From Alphaproteobacteria bacterium (lineage in GTDB: Bacteria > Pseudomonadota > Alphaproteobacteria > UBA2966), in the NCBI GenBank assembly GCA_964291395.2, contig OZ219856.1, forward strand, positions 704,001-768,000: DNA of 64,000 nucleotides, given 5' to 3'. Numbering within the stretch: the stretch's first letter is position 1; each line of letters starts with the position of its first letter. The notes under the pieces are model-generated. The model ran no database searches, was not told where the DNA came from, and was given only the letters and a program-made list of their open reading frames with translations. A program made the position numbers and the translations under genes. Positions 1-9,196 of the stretch are shown in pieces.

Positions 1-763
1 CGAGCAGAATGGCGGCGGCGCCGGTCGTCCGCACCCTTTCGACGACATCCCGCAGGTGGGATGCCGTCGGCGGAACTCCGGAGATCCGCTCCAGCCTGGC
101 GACCAGATCCAGACCGGTCCAGCCGAGCAGATAGACCCACGCGGCGTGGTGGACGACGACCTTCATGCCGCGAAGCCCTTCGGCGCGTGCGCGCCAGCGC
201 TTCGTCGCCGCGCCCCATCGCGCCTCGAAATCCGCGAGCCGGGACCGATATGCTTCCTCGTTGGCCGGATCGACGCGCGCCAGCCGTCCCGCCAGCTCGA
301 CCGCGAGGTGCGCGACATTGTCCGGATCCAGGTGGACGTGCGGGTTGCCGCTCGGATGGATGTCGCCGAGGCTGCGGTCGACCCTTTCGGGCCGCTCCAT
401 GACTTCGACGTGATCGGCCGCCATGAGATGTCCGGGCTGGCCGGGCTGCACCCCGCGCCGGGCGCCGCGCTCCATCAGCAGCGGAAGCCAACCGACCTCC
501 AGCTCCGCGCCGGAGCAGAACACGATGTCGGCGCGGCGCACCTGCGCGATCAGGCTGGGGCGCGCGCGGATGTAATGGGCATCCTGGCGTCCGTGGGTTG
601 CCGAGTAGACCGTCACGTCATCGCCGCCGATCTCGCCCGCCAGCGCCGCCCATTCCGGTTCGCAGGCGAACACCCTGGCATCGGCCGCCGCGCTGGCCGG
701 CGCAATGACCGCCAAGGCGGCAAGCAGCGCCGCCGCCAAATGTCTCGACATCGCCGCCGCCAT
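1..763 (-). CDS. Zn/Mn ABC transporter substrate-binding protein (ZnuA/TroA family), runs off the window edge
   Basis: Not in the ORF track. Manual translation from the ATG at 763, directly after the upstream TAG, gives a signal peptide then VFACEPEWAALAGEIGG...QDAHYIRARPSLIAQVRRADIVFCSGAELEVGWLP, typical of cluster A-I metal SBPs. Confidence 0.85.
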   Translation of the reverse strand, partial: MAAAMSRHLAAALLAALAVIAPASAAADARVFACEPEWAALAGEIGGDDVTVYSATHGRQDAHYIRARPSLIAQVRRADIVFCSGAELEVGWLPLLMERGARRGVQPGQPGHLMAADHVEVMERPERVDRSLGDIHPSGNPHVHLDPDNVAHLAVELAGRLARVDPANEEAYRSRLADFEARWGAATKRWRARAEGLRGMKVVVHHAAWVYLLGWTGLDLVARLERISGVPPTASHLRDVVERVRTTGAAAILL

Positions 764-2341
764 CTAGAAGCTGTGCGCGGCGTGGGCGCCGAGGCTCATC
801 ACGTATTGCAGGATGAACTGGTCATCCTTCTCGTGGCCGTCGAGCGCTTCGTGGTTGTACTGCAGCCGGATACGCCCGAATTCGCTGTTGGTCCAGTCGA
901 CCATCATCCCGAAGGCATAGGGGTCGTGGTCGATCCCGGCGTCGTCCGGCGGCGAAAGCCGGGCGTACCGCGCGCCGATCCGCCAGCGCGGCACCGGCTT
1001 GTAGACCCCCTGGATGTACCAGCCATGCGCGATGGAGTCGGTCCTGAGTTCCTCGAGATGCTCCTCTCCGTCCTCCTCTTCCGCCAGCGCGTAGGTTCCG
1101 TCTTCCTGGCGCCAGAAATACTCGGCTTGGAGGATCACCTCGCTCTCCCGCGCGTTGCCGGTCGGCGCCATGGCGAAGCGGACGTCGATCCCGTAGAGCC
1201 GCGTGTCGCCGGAGAACGCGCCGGCCGAGAAGAACTCGCCAAAATCCTCCCCGTGCTCGTGCTCGTGTTCCTCTTCATGGGCATGCTCGTCTTCGTGCTC
1301 GTGCTCGTGTTCCTCTTCGTGGGCGTGCTCGTCTTCGTGCTCGTGCTCGTGTTCCTCTTCGTGGGCGTGCTCGTCTTCGTGCTCGTGCTCCTCTTCATGG
1401 GCATGCTCGTCTTCGTGCCCGTGCTCGTCCTCGTGCCCGTGCTCGTCCTCGTGCGCGTGCCCGTGCCCGCCTCCGCTCCGGTTCAGCGACCTGCCGTCCA
1501 GCAGATACCCGCCGATGCGCCAAGCGGCGTTGCGGCCGATGTCGCCGCCGACGCGTGCGTAGACGGAGCGCGCCCGCAGCCCGTTGTCGGAGCCGCCGAA
1601 CAACGGCCTGTCGTCGCCCCGGAAAAGGCCGCCGCCGACTTCGCCGTAGAGCGCCGACGGCAGGACGAAGGACAGCTCCACGCCGTCGTCGTTGAACGCG
1701 TTGTCCAGAAACGCCCGGTAAGGAAGCGGCCGGTCCGCGAAATCGTCGCCGTGAGCGTGCTGCTCGTTGAGATAGCCGAAGGTCCAGAGCGCCCGGCCCG
1801 CCTTTGCCCGCATACCCTCGGGGAGCCCGGCGCCCGGCAGGGTCTGGACATAGGCTTCCTCGAGCTCGACTTCCGTCGCCTCGCCCGGGTGCGCACCGAG
1901 ACCGAGGGTGAGGCTGCCGCGAAACTTGTCGTCGACATTGCCGGACGCGGTCACTTCGCTGTGGCCCAGCGAAAGGCCCTCAGGGGCGCGCTCCGACTCG
2001 TGACCGAGCACGAAGCCGGGAATCGACGACCCTTCGGCCGAGAAGCTCCCATACCGGCCGTCCAGGACGATGCCGATCGCCGGGTTGAACGCGTTGTCCT
2101 GTGCCGGCTGGCCGGGCGCCGCGGGCTTCGAAGCCGCGCCCTTCGTCCCCTCCTCTAGCGACGAAAGCTGCGATTCCAGCGCCTTCAGCCGCGCTTCGTA
2201 CTCGTGCTTGAGGGCCTGGATTTCGGCGGCCAAATCCGCCGCCGAGGGTACCGTCCCGGACTGCGAGACGGCCTGCGTCCCAACGAGAAGGGCTGGCAGC
2301 GCGACGGCGACCAACCGGGCAATTCTGATGACGGCGCGCAT
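764..2341 (-). CDS. Putative zinc-regulated outer-membrane beta-barrel/receptor with His/Glu-rich insert
   Basis: GGAGG RBS before ATG 2341, signal peptide, coiled coil, NAFNPAIGIVLDG and FGYLNEQHAHGDDF motifs, C-terminal LQYVMSLGAHAAHSF. Lies directly upstream of the metal SBP. Confidence 0.75.
   Translation of the reverse strand: MRAVIRIARLVAVALPALLVGTQAVSQSGTVPSAADLAAEIQALKHEYEARLKALESQLSSLEEGTKGAASKPAAPGQPAQDNAFNPAIGIVLDGRYGSFSAEGSSIPGFVLGHESERAPEGLSLGHSEVTASGNVDDKFRGSLTLGLGAHPGEATEVELEEAYVQTLPGAGLPEGMRAKAGRALWTFGYLNEQHAHGDDFADRPLPYRAFLDNAFNDDGVELSFVLPSALYGEVGGGLFRGDDRPLFGGSDNGLRARSVYARVGGDIGRNAAWRIGGYLLDGRSLNRSGGGHGHAHEDEHGHEDEHGHEDEHAHEEEHEHEDEHAHEEEHEHEHEDEHAHEEEHEHEHEDEHAHEEEHEHEHGEDFGEFFSAGAFSGDTRLYGIDVRFAMAPTGNARESEVILQAEYFWRQEDGTYALAEEEDGEEHLEELRTDSIAHGWYIQGVYKPVPRWRIGARYARLSPPDDAGIDHDPYAFGMMVDWTNSEFGRIRLQYNHEALDGHEKDDQFILQYVMSLGAHAAHSF
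1253..1465 (-). repeat. Coding tandem repeat (18-42 bp units) encoding a 71-aa His/Glu tract
   Basis: Repeated EDEHAHEEEHEH(EH) units; 26 His in 71 residues, counted directly. Confidence 0.95.
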
Positions 2342-2375
2342 CGCACACTCCTCCACGACATCTGACTTTTACGAT

Positions 2376-2392
2376 ATGTAATATCATACCAT
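2376..2392. promoter_or_regulatory. Putative Zur box
   Basis: ATGTAATA-T-CATACCAT matches 13 of 16 positions of the Zur-type palindrome ATGTTATA-n-TATAACAT and lies about 35 bp upstream of the zinc-uptake genes. Confidence 0.65.
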
Positions 2393-2558
2393 GATGGAGA
2401 GGATTGAGGTCAAGAGCGGGCCATTCACATGCTGGACTAATGTGTGAACCGTGCGAACAAGCTCGGCGGGCGGCCGCCAAACGTCCGTGAAGGAACGGTC
2501 ATTGTCGGGTGTTCCGGGACGGGTTCGGCGCGCACCCGCGCCGGCGCCGTCCCCGGGG

Positions 2559-2987
2559 CTACGGTACTTGGGCCACCACGTCGATCTCCAGGAGCATGTC
2601 CCGGTGCGCCAGGGACGGGATCTGGATCAGCGTGCGGGGCGGCATGCGCTCGCGCCCGAACAGCTCCCAGGTGATCTCGTTCAAGACGTCCTGGTCGCGC
2701 ATGACGTCGATCAGGTAATGCGTCATCTTGACGATATTGGTGAGGTCGGCATCCGCCGCCGCGAGGATCCGCTCGATGTTCTCGAAGGTCCGCTCGCACT
2801 GCGCGCGGAACCCGCCCTCGTACCATTTTGCTTCCTCCACGGGGTCGTGGGGATGCCTGTGATAGATGGGCACCGGACCCATGCCGGAGAGCCACAGAGT
2901 CCGGCCGCCCTCGACCGAGAATGCCGGCACGAACGGCATGTTGTGCTCGGGCAGCGGGGTGCCCGGATGGACGGGTGTGATCTTCAT
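2559..2987 (-). CDS. RidA/YjgF family protein
   Basis: LWLSG, AQCERTFENIERIL, PPRT (conserved Arg) and LLEIDVVA motifs; GGAGG RBS before ATG 2987. Confidence 0.85.
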   Translation of the reverse strand: MKITPVHPGTPLPEHNMPFVPAFSVEGGRTLWLSGMGPVPIYHRHPHDPVEEAKWYEGGFRAQCERTFENIERILAAADADLTNIVKMTHYLIDVMRDQDVLNEITWELFGRERMPPRTLIQIPSLAHRDMLLEIDVVAQVP

Positions 2988-3051
2988 GATTTCCGCCTCC
3001 AATGAGTGGAAGGGGTTGGGGGACGGTCGGTCGTCCCGGCGGCACTCCCAC

Positions 3052-3084
3052 GATACCCCGACATGGCGCGAAGTGTGCGAATTC
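3052..3084 (+). repeat. 33-bp direct repeat, left copy (partner 3844-3876)
   Basis: GATACCCCGACATGGCGCGAAGTGTGCGAATTC; 30 of 33 positions identical to the right copy. Confidence 0.9.
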
Positions 3085-3141
3085 GACTCGGTGGCCGGCT
3101 GCGGAACGGAAACGCGTGTACACAGACATTGATAGTGACCA

Positions 3142-3156
3142 GTCATATGATATGAC
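3142..3156. promoter_or_regulatory. Perfect palindrome, likely antitoxin autoregulatory operator
   Basis: GTCATAT-G-ATATGAC, 25 bp upstream of the phd-type start codon. Confidence 0.6.
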
Positions 3157-3180
3157 CATTAAAGAGGAAGGAATGGGGAG

Positions 3181-3405
3181 ATGAAGACGATCGGTGCAGC
3201 GAAGTTCAAGGAACGGTGCCTGGCGTTGCTCGATCACCTTGATCACGACGGGCTGGTCATCACCAAGCGCGGCAAGCCCGTCGCGCGCCTGCTTCCATTC
3301 GAGCAGCACCACGCCGAACTGATCGGCAGTCTGCGTCACAAGGTCGAAGTTCGGGGCGACATTCTCGCCACCGGAATCGAATGGAACGCCGATGCTCAAT
3401 CTTGA
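3181..3405 (+). CDS. Phd/YefM family antitoxin
   Basis: MKTIGAAKFKERCLALLD...LVITKRGKPVARL; 74 aa; overlaps a PIN gene. Confidence 0.9.
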   Translation: MKTIGAAKFKERCLALLDHLDHDGLVITKRGKPVARLLPFEQHHAELIGSLRHKVEVRGDILATGIEWNADAQS

Positions 3406-3787
3406 CACCCACGTACTCGTCTTCGCGGTCAGCGGCGCGCTTCGCCCGGCGGAACGCGCGCTGTTGGCGCGCGACAGGTGGTCGGTTTCGGCCATCGTGC
3501 TGTAGGAGCTCGCCAAGTTCATCCGGCTTGGCCGGGTGGGCATGGACCTCGATGATCGCGACGTCGCCGGCATGCTCGACCGCGTGCATGTCTGGCCCAT
3601 TGACCTCGACGTCGCGCGAGCCTCCACCCGCCTCGACTTCAAGGGCGACCCGGCGGACGAGATCATCGCGGCTACCAGCGTCGTGCACGTCGTCCCTCTG
3701 GTCACCCGCGACCGCGTCATCAGGCAGTCGAAGATCGTCCCCCTAGCCACGGCGGATGGAGAAGACGAGGCACGGCGGGAATTCTGA
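3392..3787 (+). pseudogene. vapC: VapC/PIN toxin with in-frame amber stop
   Basis: MLNLDTHVLVF...SVSAIVL*ELAK...DPADEIIAATS...LVTRD. TAG at 3503-3505 occupies the position of the family Trp (S..WE motif). Confidence 0.85.
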
Positions 3788-3843
3788 CGCCGCAGGACAT
3801 GGCGGGCGTGGCCGCGCGCCGGGCGCTCGAGTCGCGCGGCAGG

Positions 3844-3876
3844 GATACCCCGACATGGTGTGAAGTGCGCGAATTC
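3844..3876 (+). repeat. 33-bp direct repeat, right copy
   Basis: GATACCCCGACATGGTGTGAAGTGCGCGAATTC. Confidence 0.9.
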
Positions 3877-3924
3877 AGCCCGCCGGATGGCCGCTGACCC
3901 GCTCCGGGGGACGGTTCCGGGGGT

Positions 3925-4854
3925 TCAGCCGCCGGCCGCCTTCGCGGCCACGATGGCGGCGATGAAGGCGGCGGCCAGACGCGCTTCGGGCGGGTCGGCC
4001 CGCGACGTCAGCACGATCGGCACCCTGGTGCCCATGACCACGCCGGCCGCCGTGGCGCTCATGAAGTAGACCATCTGCTTGAACAGGATGTTGCCGGCCT
4101 CGACGTTGGGCACGACGAGGATATCGGCGTTGCCCGCGACCGGGCTCTCGATGCTCTTCAACCGGGCGGCCTCGGGCGAGACCGCGTTGTCGAAGCCGAA
4201 GGGGCCGTCGACTGCCGCGCCCGTCACCTCGCCGCCGGCCGCGCGCGCGGCGACCTCGGCGGCCTGGACGCTCGACGGCATGCCGGGGTTGACGACCTCG
4301 GCGCCCGAGAGGAGGGCCACGCGGGGCTCCCGGGGGTCGAGGGCCCGGGCCAGCTCGACGGCGTTGTTGACGATGTCGAGCATCTCGTCCGCGTCGGGCC
4401 GGACGTTGACCACCGCATCGGTGACGTGGAGGACGCCGCTGCGGCCCGGAGCCGTCATGTGGAAGACGTGGCTCACGCGCCGGCCGGTGCGCAGGCCCGC
4501 ATCCCGGCGCAGGACCGCGCGCATCAGGGCGTCGGTGTGCACGTGGCCCTTCATGATCGCCGCCGCCTCGCCGCTCCCGGCGAGTGCCGCCGCGGCCTCC
4601 GCCTTCTTCGCCTCGTCCGCCTCCTCGACGATGCGGACCCCGCCGAGGTCCCAGCCCGCGTCCCCCGCGAGGGACCGGATGGCGTCCGCCTCGCCGATCA
4701 GGACGGGTTCGATGGCGCCCGCCTCGGCGGCCCGCCGCGCGCTCGTCAGGGCCACGGGGTGGTCGGCGCCCGCCACGGCCATCGGGACGCGGGGCAGCCC
4801 GCCCGCGAGTTCCATCAGGTATGCGGGGACCTCGAAGGGCTCGGTGCTCAGCAT
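3925..4854 (-). CDS. pta: Phosphate acetyl/butyryltransferase
   Basis: IMKGHVHT, VDGPFGFDNAVS, ILVVPNVEAGNILFK and PIVLTSRAD motifs; directly downstream of xsc. Confidence 0.9.
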   Translation of the reverse strand: MLSTEPFEVPAYLMELAGGLPRVPMAVAGADHPVALTSARRAAEAGAIEPVLIGEADAIRSLAGDAGWDLGGVRIVEEADEAKKAEAAAALAGSGEAAAIMKGHVHTDALMRAVLRRDAGLRTGRRVSHVFHMTAPGRSGVLHVTDAVVNVRPDADEMLDIVNNAVELARALDPREPRVALLSGAEVVNPGMPSSVQAAEVAARAAGGEVTGAAVDGPFGFDNAVSPEAARLKSIESPVAGNADILVVPNVEAGNILFKQMVYFMSATAAGVVMGTRVPIVLTSRADPPEARLAAAFIAAIVAAKAAGG

Positions 4855-4949
4855 GGTCCGAGTCTCAGGGAAACGGGTAGCGCACCGCTCCGCGTCGGCG
4901 GAGGCCGCCGCGCGTCACTGCGGGCAGGTAACCGACCCTGCCGGGCTAC

Positions 4950-6731
4950 CTACGCGCCGACCTGGGGCCGCATGTCGGCCGGGTCGATGCCGGCGACCGC
5001 GACCGGCGCCTTCATCGCGTCGCGGCGGAACGGCTCGCCCAGCTCCTGGTTCAGCACGACCTCGACGAAGGTGGTCTCGTTCCTCTCCATCTGCCCTTCG
5101 ATGGCGTCGGACAGCGCCTCCGTCAGGCCGCCCGTCGTCGTCACCTGAACGCCCTTCAGGCCGCAGGCTTCGGCGATCCCGGCGAACCGCACGTCGAGGT
5201 CGAGCTCGGTGCCGACGAAATTGTCGTCGAACCACAGCGTGGTGTTCCGCTTCTCGGCGCCCCACTGGTAGTTCCGGAAGACGACCATCGTGATCGGCGG
5301 CCACTCGCCCCGCCCGCAGGACGACATCTCGTTCATGGAGATGCCGAAGGCGCCGTCGCCGGCGAAGCCGACCACCGGCACGTCGGGCTTGGCGATCTTC
5401 GCCCCGAGGATCGCCGGGAAGCCGTAGCCGCAGGGGCCGAACAGGCCCGGCGCCAGGTATTTGCGGCCCTTCTCGAAGGTCGGATAGGCGTTGCCGATGG
5501 CGCAGTTGTTGCCGATGTCGGACGAGATGATCGCCTCCCCCGGCAGGGCCGCCTGGATGGCCCGCCATGCCATGCGCGGGCTCATGCGGTCGGGCTGGGC
5601 CGTGCGGGCGCGCTCGTTCCAGGTCGTTCCGGGGTCGTCCTCCTCGTGGTCCATCGAGGAGAGAAGCTGGAGCCAGGCCGACTTCGTCTGCGCGACGAGG
5701 GCCTCGCGTTCCTTGCGCCCCTTGTCGCCGGCCGTGCCGGAGAGCCCGGCGAGGAGCTGCTTCGCGACGGCCTTGGCGTCGCCCTGGATGGCCACGGTTA
5801 CCGGCTTGGTCAGGCCGATCCGGTCGGAATTGATGTCGACCTGGATGAGCTTCGCGTCCCCGGGCCAGTAGTCGATCCCGTAGCCGGGCAGGGTGGAGAA
5901 CGGGTTGAGGCGCGTGCCGAGCGCCAGGACGACGTCGGCCTTCGAAATGAGCTCCATCGCGGCCTTCGAGCCGTTGTAGCCGAGAGGGCCGACCGACAGG
6001 GGGTGGCTGCCCGGGAAGGCGTCGTTGTGCTGGTAGTTGCAGCACACGGGGGCCGACAGCTTCTCCGCGAGCTTTGCCGACGCTTGAATGCCGCCGGACA
6101 GCACGACGCCGGCGCCGTTCAGCATCACGGGGAACTCCGCCTTGGAAAGGAGGTCGGCCGCTTCCTCGATGGCGGCCGTGCCGCCGCGCGGGCGCTCGAG
6201 GCGCACGATCTGCGGCAGGTCGATGTCGATGACCTGCGTCCAGTAGTCGCGCGGCACGTTGATCTGGGCCGGCGCCGACAGCCGGAAGGCGTTCTCGATG
6301 ACGCGGTTCAGCACCTCGGCCATGCGCGAGGGATCGCGGACCTCCTCCTGATAGCAGACCATGTCCTCGAACAGCTTCATCTGCTCGATCTCCTGGAAGC
6401 CGCCCTGGCCGATGGTCTTGTTGGCGGCCTGCGGCGTCACCAGCAGCAGCGGCGTGTGGTTCCAGTACGCGGTCTTCACCGGCGTCACGAAATTGGTGAT
6501 GCCCGGACCGTTCTGCGCGACCATCATGCACATCTTGCCCGAGGCGCGGGTATAGCCGTCGGCCATCATTCCGGCGTTGCATTCGTGCGCGCAGTCCCAG
6601 AACGTGATCCCCGCCGTGGGAAAGAGGTCGGAGATGGGCATCATCGCCGAACCGATGATCCCGAAGGCATGCTCGATACCGTGCATCTGGAGAACCTTCA
6701 CGAAGGCTTCTTCCGTGGTCATTTTCGTCAT
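4950..6731 (-). CDS. xsc: Sulfoacetaldehyde acetyltransferase (ThDP)
   Basis: MTTEEAFVKVLQMHGIEHAFGIIGSA, GDGAFG ThDP motif, NYQWGAEKRN and ELGEPFRRDAM are characteristic of Xsc; AAGGAGG RBS. Confidence 0.95.
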   Translation of the reverse strand: MTKMTTEEAFVKVLQMHGIEHAFGIIGSAMMPISDLFPTAGITFWDCAHECNAGMMADGYTRASGKMCMMVAQNGPGITNFVTPVKTAYWNHTPLLLVTPQAANKTIGQGGFQEIEQMKLFEDMVCYQEEVRDPSRMAEVLNRVIENAFRLSAPAQINVPRDYWTQVIDIDLPQIVRLERPRGGTAAIEEAADLLSKAEFPVMLNGAGVVLSGGIQASAKLAEKLSAPVCCNYQHNDAFPGSHPLSVGPLGYNGSKAAMELISKADVVLALGTRLNPFSTLPGYGIDYWPGDAKLIQVDINSDRIGLTKPVTVAIQGDAKAVAKQLLAGLSGTAGDKGRKEREALVAQTKSAWLQLLSSMDHEEDDPGTTWNERARTAQPDRMSPRMAWRAIQAALPGEAIISSDIGNNCAIGNAYPTFEKGRKYLAPGLFGPCGYGFPAILGAKIAKPDVPVVGFAGDGAFGISMNEMSSCGRGEWPPITMVVFRNYQWGAEKRNTTLWFDDNFVGTELDLDVRFAGIAEACGLKGVQVTTTGGLTEALSDAIEGQMERNETTFVEVVLNQELGEPFRRDAMKAPVAVAGIDPADMRPQVGA

Positions 6732-6844
6732 GTCTGGAAATCCTCCTTGGCCGCGGCCGCCAGCAGCTTCGACGGTCGTCTTGCCTCGCCGCTTGCGGCG
6801 GATTATTAAGCCATTGCCCCGGCACGGGCAAGTTGGCAGGGTCG

Positions 6845-7513
6845 TCACCGGCCGCCCGGAATCACCCCTTCCATGGGCTTCCAGTCCGGCTGGTTCTCGG
6901 GCATCGAGTCGGCGAAGGCGGGCAGTTCGTTGCAGCGCGCGACGATGTCCAGGATTGTCGGATACGGCGACAGGTCGCAGTCGAACCGTCGGGCGTTGTA
7001 GGTCTGCGGAACCAGGCAGAGGTCGGCCAGCGTGGGCGCGTCGCCGCGGCAGAACACGCCCGGCGACTCCCGCGCCGCGAGCATGCCCTCGAGGCCGCTC
7101 AGGCCGGCGGCGATCCAGTTCCCGTACCAGCCGTCGATGTCCTCCGCCGACGCGCCGATCCGGTCGGCCAGATAGCGCCGCACCCGCCGGCCCATCAGGG
7201 GGTGCATGTCGCTCGCGATGGATTGGGCGAAGCTTCTGACCCAGGCCCGTCCGGCCGAATCGGCCGGGAGCAGGGGCGGCTCGGGATAGACCTCTTCCAG
7301 GTACTCGAGGATGGGCAGGGATTGCGCGACCACGATCCCGCCGTCCTCGAGGATCGGCAGCATCCGCTGGGGATTGAGCGCCTCGAACCAGTCCGCTCGG
7401 TGCTCGTCCTCGACCAGGTTGACGATCACCTGCTCCGCCTCGATTCCCTTTAGTTTCAGCGCGATCCGTACCCGATAGGCCGCGTTCGACATGTAAAAAT
7501 CATAAAACTTCAC
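6845..7513 (-). CDS. maiA: Maleylacetoacetate/maleylpyruvate isomerase (GST zeta)
   Basis: SNAAYRVRIALKLKG, QSLPILEYLEE, SDMHPL, TLADLCLVPQ and PENQPD motifs; GTG start inferred. Confidence 0.85.
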   Translation of the reverse strand: MKFYDFYMSNAAYRVRIALKLKGIEAEQVIVNLVEDEHRADWFEALNPQRMLPILEDGGIVVAQSLPILEYLEEVYPEPPLLPADSAGRAWVRSFAQSIASDMHPLMGRRVRRYLADRIGASAEDIDGWYGNWIAAGLSGLEGMLAARESPGVFCRGDAPTLADLCLVPQTYNARRFDCDLSPYPTILDIVARCNELPAFADSMPENQPDWKPMEGVIPGGR

Positions 7514-7619
7514 GGTTCCGCTCCCGGTCGGTATGCTTGGCGCCCATTCACGCGAATCGAGCCCGTCATCATAGTTGCCGGGCGGCGCGGAATCCCCCTG
7601 GAAATCGAAGGGTGCGTTC

Positions 7620-8684
7620 ATGGAATTCGGAATTTTCAACCTGCTCAGCCGCCGGCTGGAGTCGCAGACGATCAACCAGATCGTCGAGGAGGCCGCGGAG
7701 ACGGTCAAGCTGGCGGATCAGGCTGGCTTCACCACGGCCTGGTTCCCGGAGCACCACTACTCGAACTACTCGATCGCGCCGTCACCGCTGATGATGTGCG
7801 CCTTTTGCGCCCCCACCACCCGCCGGATCAAGCTCGGCACGGCCATCGTCATCGGCACGCTCTATCAGCCGGCGCGGCTGCTGTCGGAGGTGGCCTTCGT
7901 CGACGGCATGACCGACGGCCGGCTCGTGCTCGGTTTCGGCAGCGGCTATCAGCCTCACGAGTTCAAGCGTTTCGGCATCGATCTGCAGCACTCGCCGGAC
8001 ATCACGGAAGAGGTGCTGGACATCGTGGAGGGCGGACTCACCAACGACTCCTTCGAGTACCACGGCAAGCATTTCGATTTTCCGCATACCTACATGGCCC
8101 TGCGGCCCGTACAGCCCATGCCGGAAGTCTGGATCGCCGGCAACAACGCCCAGATGCAGCGCCGGGCGGCCCGAAGCGGCTATCCGCTGATCGTCTCGGC
8201 GCTGGTGAAGGACATCGATTTCGTGGCGGGCCTGCGCGAAACGGCGGAGCGGAACTGGAACGACGCGGGCGTCGACCCGGCGAACATGCGGCTCGCCACC
8301 CTTCGCTTCGCCTATGTCACCGACGACCACGGGGACGCCCTGGAATTCGGCGACAGCGCACGGTTCCAGTACCGGCTGGCCCGCAACCTGCGCTTCCGCA
8401 AGGAAGAGCTCGAGGAGGGTCTGTTGCCTGAGGTTCCCTTTGAGGACGAACCGACACTGGAGGAGCTCGTCGCGAACAATCCCATCGGCGATCCGGAAAC
8501 GGTCGCGGAGCGTATCGTCGAGGAAGTGCGCAGGGTCGGCTCGTTCCACATGAGCTTGTACATGCACGTCGGCTCGATGCCGCTCGAGAAGTCGATGCGG
8601 TCGATCGAGCGCTTCGCCGCCGAGGTCATGCCCCTCGTGGAGAAGGAGCTGGACGAACCGGTGACCGCCGCCGCCGCCGAGTAG
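7620..8684 (+). CDS. LLM-class (luciferase-like) flavin-dependent oxidoreductase
   Basis: [31 protein letters not shown] and [11 protein letters not shown] motifs. Confidence 0.9.
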   Translation: MEFGIFNLLSRRLESQTINQIVEEAAETVKLADQAGFTTAWFPEHHYSNYSIAPSPLMMCAFCAPTTRRIKLGTAIVIGTLYQPARLLSEVAFVDGMTDGRLVLGFGSGYQPHEFKRFGIDLQHSPDITEEVLDIVEGGLTNDSFEYHGKHFDFPHTYMALRPVQPMPEVWIAGNNAQMQRRAARSGYPLIVSALVKDIDFVAGLRETAERNWNDAGVDPANMRLATLRFAYVTDDHGDALEFGDSARFQYRLARNLRFRKEELEEGLLPEVPFEDEPTLEELVANNPIGDPETVAERIVEEVRRVGSFHMSLYMHVGSMPLEKSMRSIERFAAEVMPLVEKELDEPVTAAAAE

Positions 8685-8728
8685 CGCGAATCAACGGTTT
8701 TCCTTCTCCCGAAGAGGGGAGACGGCAC

Positions 8729-9196
8729 GTGACCGAAACGCTCGATCCCAGCAAGCGGCAGAACATCACCCTGGTGACCGGCGTCATCGGTTCCGATACG
8801 CACATCGTCGGCAACCGCATCCTGTCGATGGCACTGGAAGAGGCGGGGTATTCCATCGTCATCCTCGGCGCCCTGACGCCGGCGGACGAATTCATCAAGG
8901 CCGCCATCGAGACGGCAGCCGACGGCATCATGGTTTCGTCGCTCTATGGCCAGGGCGAGCTCGACTGCCGCGGCTTCAGGGAACTTTGCGTCGAAGCGGG
9001 GCTCGACGACATCCTGCTCTACGTGGGGGGCAACCTCGTCGTGGGCAAGACTCCGTGGGAAGTGGTCGAGAAACGCTTTCTGGACATGGGGTTCGACCGC
9101 GCTTTTCCGCCGGGTACGCGCACCCCGGAGGTCGTCGAGGCCCTGGACAGGGATTTCGCCGCGCGCGCCCGGGGCAAGCGGACCGCCGACTCGTGA
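8729..9196 (+). CDS. mamA: Glutamate/methylaspartate mutase S subunit (B12-binding)
   Basis: [11 protein letters not shown] (DxHxxG), [12 protein letters not shown] and [11 protein letters not shown] closely resemble GlmS/MutS. Confidence 0.93.
   Translation: MTETLDPSKRQNITLVTGVIGSDTHIVGNRILSMALEEAGYSIVILGALTPADEFIKAAIETAADGIMVSSLYGQGELDCRGFRELCVEAGLDDILLYVGGNLVVGKTPWEVVEKRFLDMGFDRAFPPGTRTPEVVEALDRDFAARARGKRTADS

Noticed and set aside
1253-1465. Tandem repeats as a possible CRISPR array
   Set aside because: No unique spacers, in-frame coding, and no cas genes.
56-2158. 700-aa plus-strand ORF with a long hydrophobic VLVLVF repeat
   Set aside because: Antisense shadow of the zinc receptor/SBP genes; the repeat is the reverse complement of the His/Glu tract.
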